Virus record (IMG/VR): IMGVR_UViG_3300024270_000061
DNA length: 64,000 nucleotides
Strand: one strand, 5' to 3'
Source of the DNA: a virus
The first letter of the stretch is position 1, and each line of letters starts with the position of its first letter. Of this stretch, positions 56,842 through 64,000 are shown piece after piece. The notes under the pieces were generated by a model. It did not search any database. It was not told the DNA's origin and saw nothing but the letters and a program-made list of their open reading frames with translations. A program made the position numbers and the translations under genes.

Positions 56842-57462
56842 TTACATCACAGTGATGGTGTCGCTGATGGCCTTCTTCTCTTCCTTGACTTCGGTCAGAG
56901 CAGCTTCGAACTGCTTCTCAACCTTGTTCAGGTTCAGAACGGCGACGCCGATATGCTCTTCCGCCCACTTCTTCGCATCCTCGGTGCCATCGGGGATCAT
57001 CATGGTGATGGTCGCCTTGCCGTCCTTGGAAGACTGCGGGCCGAAAGCAGCGCCGTAGGCGTTGATGGAACCGGTGCCCTTCGCGGTAGTACCGATGCGG
57101 AAAACCTCCTCCTTCTTGCCGGCTTCACCTTCGAACAGGCTCAGGGTCTTGGGACGATACTTTTCCAGAGTCTTGATGTCGGCCAGGGAATGAGCAGACT
57201 CGATGACACAGGCAGAACCCGCAATCTTGATGTAGGCGGCGTTGTCAGCCTTGACGACGTTCAACAGGTAGCACTTCTCGGTGATACCGAAATCAGCGAA
57301 GGTCTTGTCCAGATCGCCGGCGCCCAGAGTGGAGCCATCCAGAGAGGTCATGCCGACGGTGTAGTCGATATTGTTGTTCTCCAGGGCGGTACGCAGGGTG
57401 GTGTTTTCGTCGATGATAACAGACTGGCGGGACAGATTGTTGCCGATAGTAACCTTAATCAT
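56842..57462 (-). CDS. hypothetical protein with a possible N-terminal beta-grasp (ubiquitin-like) region
   Basis: MIKVTIGNNLSRQSVIIDENTTLRTALEN...VGMTSLDGSTLGAGDLDKTFADFGI pattern. AAAGGAGA RBS. Confidence 0.35.
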   Translation of the reverse strand: MIKVTIGNNLSRQSVIIDENTTLRTALENNNIDYTVGMTSLDGSTLGAGDLDKTFADFGITEKCYLLNVVKADNAAYIKIAGSACVIESAHSLADIKTLEKYRPKTLSLFEGEAGKKEEVFRIGTTAKGTGSINAYGAAFGPQSSKDGKATITMMIPDGTEDAKKWAEEHIGVAVLNLNKVEKQFEAALTEVKEEKKAISDTITVM

Positions 57463-57838
57463 GGTGAAATCTCCTTTACTTCATGCAGATTATGTAGTGA
57501 TGCCCTTCATGGGCTTTAGAGGCAGGGGCAGAACCTTGGGCTGAAAACCGGGCTGGCTGGTGGGAGAACGAGAACGCTGCTTCATGTCAGTTCCTTTCTG
57601 GACATCTTGTCCGTAGATGGAGAAAACAGTGTCGTGATTACAGACGGTGTGGATACCTCTGTAACCTTGGCTCTGCGTTTTTCACGGGCTTGCCACCGTC
57701 TGCTCATGCAGGCCGCATTAAGGCTGAAAAATCAGAGGGATTCAGCCTGATTGGCGAACCCCTCTGAACCACAAACGTCATTTATTCATATATACCAGCG
57801 GAATAGAGCCGCCAGTTCGCAACAGCAATCTTAGGCAT

Positions 57839-58033
57839 CTACTTGCCAGTAGCCGATACAAACCAGCGCATTTTGAAAACCCTACAGGGAGAAAAGCTCT
57901 CCACCTGGCGGAAAGGTCGCAGGCTTTCCATGTCCTTGCAGGCATCGAGTCTGTTGATGGCGTCCGCCCGCCAGCTACAGCCGAAACCATAAGGATCATA
58001 AGAATCCCAGCAGAAGCACCAGTTATTTAACAT
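57839..58033 (-). CDS. small Cys/Trp-rich protein (64 aa)
   Basis: MLNNWCFCWDSYDPYGFGCSW...; GGGAGGTG RBS 6 nt upstream of the ATG. Confidence 0.4.
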   Translation of the reverse strand: MLNNWCFCWDSYDPYGFGCSWRADAINRLDACKDMESLRPFRQVESFSPCRVFKMRWFVSATGK

Positions 58034-58376
58034 CACGTTCACCTCCCTTCGAATTCTTTTCTCTCTGCGTTTCACCTGAACTACACCGGCTCGTCCAGGA
58101 TTTGTTCGGCTTGAGACGAACCTTGGCCGCATTACGAAGGGGTAAGCGAGACGGGAAAACCGCTTACCCGCTCCCGGTCAATGGAAGAAAGCAACAAAAA
58201 CCGGGAGGAAGAAAATGACAGCAAGAAACCAGACGGTTCCCAAGAGGGCTTCGCCCGCACATGCCATCACATGCTTGAAATTCTTACGGAAGAAATACCT
58301 CAGATCCATGCGAAAACGCTCCAAAGGCGATGCGCAATAGCGGCGACGATACATGCAATTCACAGGAACCTTCCTT

Positions 58377-58751
58377 TCATTCACTGACCTCGTAGAGACT
58401 ATTGACGATGACTTCATTGCCGTTCGAGTCTTCCACGATTGTGGGACGATGAATGGTAATGCCATGATTTGCCAGAACCTCTTCAAACTCGTCTTTCAGA
58501 GATTCAAGCTCGTCCTGCAGAGCATAGCCTACCAGATCCTTCTCTTCAGGGGTATCTGCACCGACTAAAGCGCAGATGAATTCCGTCATAAGCTCATCGA
58601 TTTCACCTTCGCGCTGTTCGATGATCTCATAATCAACTTCCTCTTCATGCTTCGGAGGAAGATATGTCGGACGAGGATGAATTTCCTCGGGGATTTCGGG
58701 CTGTTGAACTACGGGCTGTGCATCCATAACGATGCTAATTTTTCGTGCCAT
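58377..58751 (-). CDS. acidic hypothetical protein (124 aa)
   Basis: ORF. Confidence 0.45.
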   Translation of the reverse strand: MARKISIVMDAQPVVQQPEIPEEIHPRPTYLPPKHEEEVDYEIIEQREGEIDELMTEFICALVGADTPEEKDLVGYALQDELESLKDEFEEVLANHGITIHRPTIVEDSNGNEVIVNSLYEVSE

Positions 58752-58844
58752 TGCGTCACCTCCGTGAAAATTGGCAGAAAAAAGACGCTGTACGAAAATC
58801 GTCAGCGTCTTTCCATGAAACTATTCTTTTATTGCGGATTCGGC

Positions 58845-59201
58845 TTACTTGTGAACAAAAACATTGGGAACCGTACAGGAGATACAGACATCGCCTTCGG
58901 AGGTGGTGTCAATAGTGATGGCGGAGCAAGCCTTCATAACCTCGCAGAACCTCAGAACCTTCTGATCGTATAGGTCGAAAACCAGGAAAGTTGCGGTAAC
59001 TCCCCCATGCTCTTCCTTGGGTTTGAGCTTGACCGGCTCAACCTGACCGTCAAGGTCTTTTGCGGCATCCAGGAAAAACTCCAGGACTGCGATCAGCTTA
59101 TCCATCTGGGGTTGATTGACAATATAGTCGGTATCCTTTCGGAAGCTGAGAACCTTGTTGTACAGGATGTTCAGCCGCTGAATGTATTCTTCGTTGGTCA
59201 A
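58845..59201 (-). CDS. hypothetical protein (118 aa)
   Basis: ORF. Confidence 0.45.
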   Translation of the reverse strand: MTNEEYIQRLNILYNKVLSFRKDTDYIVNQPQMDKLIAVLEFFLDAAKDLDGQVEPVKLKPKEEHGGVTATFLVFDLYDQKVLRFCEVMKACSAITIDTTSEGDVCISCTVPNVFVHK

Positions 59202-59213
59202 AACTTCACCTCC

Positions 59214-60410
59214 TCATGTCGTTGCCGCTGCCATGTTGGCGCGGATCTGCCGTGCAAATCTATAGATTGTGCCGTCCGATACACCAAATTCCTTTGCAAG
59301 TGTTACGGCTTTGTCGTTTCCGCCGAAGCCGCGCAGACGAGTCTTGATTGCCTCGAAAATCTTCTCCCTCTTTTCTACATCAATGGGGACAGAAACATTG
59401 CCGGAATTATGATGAACCTCGGCATACTTATTGGCGCCGGATTCCTGATCTTTCCTTACCTTGATTCTGTGAACCCTTTGACATATTGCATGTCTGGTTA
59501 ATCCAGTATCATCAGCAATTTTCTGGGCAGTATCACTACCGCCAAAGCGAGAATAGTGAGCTTCGATATAGGAATCGATTTCTCTGCTCAGTTCAGGAGT
59601 TAACTGAGATCGACCTTCTGCGGCAAACCTCGGAACGGCAGCAACAACCGGATTGCGACGCTGCTTCGGAACCTCAACTACCTTGGGAACCTCGGCAACC
59701 TTCGGAATCTCGGGTTCTGCGGACTTAGGAACATCAATCGAAACGCAAGCGCTTTCAGGAACCTGCAGAACGACTTTCTTCTGAGGAGTCTTGCGTTGCC
59801 TGGGCTTGATGGTAAGCGGCTTAGGAACCTTAACCGTCGGCTTGAGACAGTCCTCAAGGTCAGCGGCCTTAATGAAGAACGCTTCAGCAATGTACTCAGC
59901 AAGCTCGCTCGAATGGTGGAAAATGATAGCCAGACGAAGAACCTGTGAAGGACTATAGTAGTTGGCAGTTCCACCGAGCGGTAACAAACACCAATACCGT
60001 TTGTCCACACATTTCTTCACATAGTCGGTTCGGTAAGGAATGGGCTCGATTCTGGTGCTCTTCTGGACGTATTCTCCAAAGGTTGCGCACCTGTCCATGG
60101 AATACCTCATATTGCTCGGCAGATCACCAAACATGAGGTAATTGGCAACTTCTTCCGTCCACATCAAACCCATATCAGGAATGAACGGAGCTTCTCTTAC
60201 GGAGTCGAGAAACTCTTTGCATTCATCTTCGGACATGAGGTCAATGTAGGCAAAAAGTTCTTCTCGGCAATCTACACCGCTTTTTGCTTGATCTTTCCAA
60301 ATGGAATTCTGTACCGTGCGCTTACGAAGCGCGGTACGAATCTCTTCCGGGGTGGTCAGGGGATAAACTTTCTTAATGCTCATAGAAACCTCAGTGTTGC
60401 CAAGCAACAT
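59214..60410 (-). CDS. DNA-binding protein with two C-terminal HTH motifs
   Basis: GGSDTAQKIADDTGLTRHAICQRV and GGNDKAVTLAKEFGVSDGTIYRF. Confidence 0.5.
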   Translation of the reverse strand: MLLGNTEVSMSIKKVYPLTTPEEIRTALRKRTVQNSIWKDQAKSGVDCREELFAYIDLMSEDECKEFLDSVREAPFIPDMGLMWTEEVANYLMFGDLPSNMRYSMDRCATFGEYVQKSTRIEPIPYRTDYVKKCVDKRYWCLLPLGGTANYYSPSQVLRLAIIFHHSSELAEYIAEAFFIKAADLEDCLKPTVKVPKPLTIKPRQRKTPQKKVVLQVPESACVSIDVPKSAEPEIPKVAEVPKVVEVPKQRRNPVVAAVPRFAAEGRSQLTPELSREIDSYIEAHYSRFGGSDTAQKIADDTGLTRHAICQRVHRIKVRKDQESGANKYAEVHHNSGNVSVPIDVEKREKIFEAIKTRLRGFGGNDKAVTLAKEFGVSDGTIYRFARQIRANMAAATT

Positions 60411-60438
60411 GCGTGTTTAATAACCGCAAACTTTCTCT

Positions 60439-60759
60439 CTATTCCTCTTCCGCCATCGCTTTCTCAATTTGATGGATTCCTCGGCGAGCAAGAGAATAAT
60501 TGAAATCAGGTTTTTCGTTGGAATTATCGCGCAAGTGTTCCCACTTCGCATAGATGCGCTTCATAGACTCGCACACAACCCGATTATCTATCGCTTCTTT
60601 GTTGTCCAACCTGGCAAGCATTTCCGCTTCAAACTCAGGAAGCATCAGCCAATATACCAAGGACATCTTAGAAACCGAAATCTTTTTGAACATGAAGTTC
60701 AATCTATAATTGACGACTGGCTTGTTTACATCTGTGTTGAAAACCTTTTCGCCTTCCAT
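60439..60759 (-). CDS. hypothetical protein (about 106 aa)
   Basis: Internal ATG at 60759 with GGAGGTG RBS; the upstream part of the tracked ORF overlaps another frame. Confidence 0.4.
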   Translation of the reverse strand: MEGEKVFNTDVNKPVVNYRLNFMFKKISVSKMSLVYWLMLPEFEAEMLARLDNKEAIDNRVVCESMKRIYAKWEHLRDNSNEKPDFNYSLARRGIHQIEKAMAEEE

Positions 60760-60835
60760 GTGGTACACCTCCAAACTTTTAGCGGTAGGAGTATTATACC
60801 ACATGGGGAAGAAAAAGTACAGACGAGAACTGACC

Positions 60836-61096
60836 TTAAATGGTCGTGGGAACAGTAAGCGCCATGCGCTTCTGAGCTTTGACACTTTCAACCTCCCGCT
60901 TCCGGTATTCTTCTTCGGCATCGCGGATAGCGGCAACGACATTTTCATGAGTGACCGCAATTGCGCATCGGTCGCAGGAAATCCTAACTCCTTTGTTGCA
61001 GCAAACCTTGCAGGAATACGCAAAGTTTTTAACGGCTTCAGAAACCGTTCTGGAATCCATCTGGAATTCACAGCCCCTGCGTTCAAAACCTGTCAT
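60836..61096 (-). CDS. Cys-rich zinc-finger-like small protein
   Basis: CKVCCNKGVRISCDRC. Confidence 0.4.
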   Translation of the reverse strand: MTGFERRGCEFQMDSRTVSEAVKNFAYSCKVCCNKGVRISCDRCAIAVTHENVVAAIRDAEEEYRKREVESVKAQKRMALTVPTTI

Positions 61097-61305
61097 ATGC
61101 TCATCTCCTTCTAATGGGATAACCTGCATTAACGTAGCGGTATCCGCGCTTAGGTTGCGGATGCCGCTTACGTTTGAGCGAATCTTTGGCGAGGCGAGTA
61201 ATGTTCCGATCAGCCTGCCATTCGGGATCTTCAATGCGCATCAAAACCGCCAACGCGCAGAACGTAAGAATAGCCAGGAAGATGAAGGCTTCCATAATCA
61301 ATTCC

Positions 61306-61644
61306 TCAGATGGTCGGGAAAGCGCCGCTTCTCTGCTTCATGGAAAACCAGCGCTTGAACAGGCAGGCGATCACGTCTTCGAGCTTCGTGCCATCATCCG
61401 GCAACCCGATTTCTTCACACATCTCGGAATCAGCGTAGACAGCCTTCAGGAAAACCGCACCGGGCTTCACACCAGTGAGATTCGCATGAGAAATAACCAC
61501 AGCCTTCAGATTGTTGGAATCCTCAAGCCACTCCTTGACGGCGCTCTTGTCATCGAACTCAATGCCGAAAACCTTGGGTTCAAAACCCTTCGCATTGTTG
61601 CCGCAATCGGCATAGACGACGTGCAGGTAAAAAGCCTTATTCAT
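61306..61644 (-). CDS. hypothetical protein (112 aa)
   Basis: ORF. Confidence 0.45.
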   Translation of the reverse strand: MNKAFYLHVVYADCGNNAKGFEPKVFGIEFDDKSAVKEWLEDSNNLKAVVISHANLTGVKPGAVFLKAVYADSEMCEEIGLPDDGTKLEDVIACLFKRWFSMKQRSGAFPTI

Positions 61645-61660
61645 TCAGAAGCTCCTTTTC

Positions 61661-61990
61661 TTACCGCCAAACCGCCACATCAAAGCGTTCGGCAATATCG
61701 TCACAGTAGTTGTTCAAGGGGTCATAAACCATCAGGGAAAGAACCTTATCCCCGATTTCTACATCAGAACGAAAACCGATGTACTCACCGTGCTGGTCAT
61801 ATCCAAACTTGTGATCGGGCGAATCAATGCCTTCGACTTCTGAAAAAGCTACATCGACCAGGACAAACGGTGCTCTATGCACAATGAGTTCCCATCTGAA
61901 AACCCCTATGGAAACCAGAAGGGAAAGCGCCATTGAAATCAGGATATACCCGATCACAATGGCGCGGAAAGTGCGGCTCACGACCTTCAT
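61661..61990 (-). CDS. membrane-anchored hypothetical protein
   Basis: N-terminal TM helix. Confidence 0.45.
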   Translation of the reverse strand: MKVVSRTFRAIVIGYILISMALSLLVSIGVFRWELIVHRAPFVLVDVAFSEVEGIDSPDHKFGYDQHGEYIGFRSDVEIGDKVLSLMVYDPLNNYCDDIAERFDVAVWR

Positions 61991-61999
61991 CGAAAAACC

Positions 62000-63136
62000 T
62001 TAAGCAACCTCATCGGCAGGAATCTCGTCGATGGCGGGAAGCTCCTCATTGACTTCGGGAGCAGAAACCTCAACGGGTTCAGCTTCAGCCTTCTTCCGGG
62101 CAGGGCGCGGAATGGAAACCGTTTCACCTTCGGAAGCCACGAGCTTCTTGCCCTTCTTGGGCGCAGTGGCTTCTGCATTCTTGGCTTCGGTGGGCTCTTC
62201 CTTGCGCATCTGATACTTCAGATCGTAGGTGGCGCCGGTCACGATGCGGTGCATCACGTCCATCACCAGGCGGTGAACGAAGGAGTTCTTGGCGACCTCG
62301 ATAGTCAGCTTCTTCTTGCCATTCCTCTTGGTGTAAGCCATCAGGAGGTAAGCCACATCATGAGAGTTACAGCGGTACTTGGACTTGCCGGTTTCGGCAT
62401 CCAGGGGCAGAACCGCGTCGATCACCTGCTGGAGCAGCTTCACGATCTGGTTGTTGGAAGTGGGAACCGTGCCCATATCTTCCTTGCGGGACAGAGCATT
62501 GCAGTAGTACAGGCGTTCGATCTGCTTGATCTGGGCATCAGACCATCCCAGCTCTTTAGCAGCCCTCATGCAGAGCAGGTTGCCGAACTTCTCAACCTTG
62601 TACTCCCACAGGTGGGCGATACCGAGAGCCTTGCACAGCTTCACCAGGTCGATCTGCTTGGTGCGATCTTCAACCAGCACCATTTCGGTAACGACGCCCT
62701 CTTCGCGGTTCAGGCGATGGGCAAGAACCGGGTAATCATACCGCTCAACGGCATAGAGAATGGGATGAGGCCACTTCTTGCACTCGTCAAAGACTTCGCG
62801 CATCTGCTGTTCGGCATAAGCCGCTTCAGCATCCCGGATTTCACCTTCAAGCCGGTTCATTTCGGCAAAGTCGCCCTTCTTGGCGATCAGACCGTTGTAC
62901 GCATTGATGCGCACTTCAATGTCTTTACGCAGACTTTCAAGCACCTTAGACATTGACATTCCCTCCATGTTTCTTGATTTATGGACTTGAGCCCATACTA
63001 CACGGCACCTGCCCTTCAGCCGATGCCGTGGGTGTATGGGTTCAAAAAGGACGCACACACCTTGCGGCATATGCGTCCTGGAACTTCTATTCTTTTCACG
63101 TCTACAAACCTTCAAGATAAGCCCATCAAAGTGCAT
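62000..63136 (-). CDS. hypothetical protein (likely starts at internal MSMSKVLESL)
   Basis: ORF; K/E-rich C-terminus. Confidence 0.45.
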   Translation of the reverse strand: MHFDGLILKVCRREKNRSSRTHMPQGVCVLFEPIHPRHRLKGRCRVVWAQVHKSRNMEGMSMSKVLESLRKDIEVRINAYNGLIAKKGDFAEMNRLEGEIRDAEAAYAEQQMREVFDECKKWPHPILYAVERYDYPVLAHRLNREEGVVTEMVLVEDRTKQIDLVKLCKALGIAHLWEYKVEKFGNLLCMRAAKELGWSDAQIKQIERLYYCNALSRKEDMGTVPTSNNQIVKLLQQVIDAVLPLDAETGKSKYRCNSHDVAYLLMAYTKRNGKKKLTIEVAKNSFVHRLVMDVMHRIVTGATYDLKYQMRKEEPTEAKNAEATAPKKGKKLVASEGETVSIPRPARKKAEAEPVEVSAPEVNEELPAIDEIPADEVA

Positions 63137-63825
63137 TTCCTCTCCATTGGAGCACCCATGCCATTACCCTTCAGCCCATTACATACCTTCATTGAAGGCT
63201 ACGCAATGTTTGTGGCTTAAGGCAATGTTTTGCGGCACCTTTTGGGCACCTTCTAAGCCGCACCATTCAGCTTGCTTTCGCATATCTCCTGCCTAAGAGC
63301 ATTCGACCGTCACTCCCGGTAAAGAGTGCATCTGTTGCCGTCCTATACGCCCGGCACGCCGTCCGTCTACACCAGACGACACCACCCATACTTGTCTTGC
63401 TTCGCTCAAGGGTTCCTCATGGAGTCTGCAAGAGTCCTTTGGGTAACTGGCGTCCACATTTAGAGTGTGGCACTCCCATCTGCGTTTGCACAGGCTTTGG
63501 ACTGTTTCGTGCGATCACTCACACGAAGCCGCATTAGAGTAATGGGCGGAAATTTTGCTCGCTTCGCCTTCGCTCAGTCGTGCCGATGCCGCCCTTCACC
63601 GGCTAACCGAATGAAGGTTGTAGCACATCCGATATGGTGCCTTACGCACACTCAAGCAGTACGCGCATCAGGTGTACCCAGGTTGCCCCTCAAGGGGTTG
63701 AGGCTCACCCTTCAGGACGATCACGAAAAGTTACACCGGAGGAGATGGACAGCCCATCGCAACTGCGGGTTACTGCATCCATCAATGCTTGGGGGTGGTC
63801 GTTCGTGCCGTTCCTGTGTTGGGCG

Positions 63826-64000
63826 GCGTTGCCGTCCTACCGCCTTATGAGCGGCGGCGTTGTGTCGTGACGGCTTGCCGTGGGGCGCGTGTGCGCCGTG
63901 GGGCGTTGCCGTCCTACCGCCTTATGAGCGGCGGCGTTGTGTCGTGACGGCTTGCCGTGGGGCGCGTGTGCGCCGTGGGGCGTTGCCGTCCTACCGCCTT
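63826..64000. repeat. 77-nt GC-rich tandem direct repeat, at least 2.3 copies, truncated by the window edge
   Basis: Unit gcgttgccgtcctaccgccttatgagcggcggcgttgtgtcgtgacggcttgccgtggggcgcgtgtgcgccgtgggg begins at 63826, 63903 and 63980; copies are identical. Confidence 0.9.

Noticed and set aside
1-64000. CRISPR arrays, integrons, rRNA genes
   Set aside because: No short regularly spaced direct repeats, no attC-like sites and no rRNA-like sequence were seen.

Overview
This 64-kb window is almost certainly part of a large tailed phage or prophage. Every confident gene lies on the minus strand, genes are tightly packed with many ATGA/TAATG overlaps, and the content is replication, nucleotide metabolism and host-takeover functions. 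No capsid, portal, terminase or tail genes are recognisable. The anaerobic ribonucleotide reductase implies an anaerobic host.

Main modules, all minus strand:
- Nucleotide metabolism (1-9300): partial FolD, dUTPase, a NADAR protein, a PAPS-reductase-like PP-loop gene broken at a (CT)11 tract, NrdG/NrdD, a 5'-deoxyribonucleotidase, and a ThyX-like domain fused to a dNMP kinase.
- Replication and recombination (10000-19500): a DnaE-type polymerase with a PHP domain, DnaG-like primase, DnaB helicase, Cas4-like nuclease, SSB, an ERF annealing protein and an HD hydrolase.
- tRNA repair (20036-36711): an Rnl5-type RNA ligase, a Pnkp-like kinase/phosphatase/ligase, a CCA-adding enzyme, a Thg1-like 3'-5' polymerase, an extra Pol-beta nucleotidyltransferase and a HAD phosphatase. 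This sits beside a cluster of 17 tRNA genes (40737-48322) interrupted by a GIY-YIG homing endonuclease.
- NAD+ metabolism: NadV (Nampt), Prs, PncA-like, PncC-like and NadE.
- ADP-ribose-related proteins: NADAR, a macro domain, and a Tpt1/KptA-like mini ART fold.
- Other: a solo MazF/PemK-like toxin with its own promoter, an integrase-like protein, and a flotillin/SPFH protein.

The best candidate for a new system is the block at 51051-57462. It holds a compact non-DGR reverse transcriptase preceded by a 366-nt GC-rich non-coding leader, next to a ThiF/E1-like enzyme, a JAMM/JAB protein and several unknowns. The RT leader has a diverged paralogue 12 kb away (40145-40725); both share a conserved 60-nt hairpin plus TATAAT element.

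Other notable signals:
- PHP-domain motifs of the polymerase lie upstream of any canonical start, in the -1 frame over the primase 3' end, next to a C-AAA-AAG heptamer.
- Three unusual tRNAs.
- A MITE-like inverted-repeat pair.
- A 77-nt tandem repeat at the window edge.

Non-ORF coordinates are read by eye and may be off by a few nucleotides.
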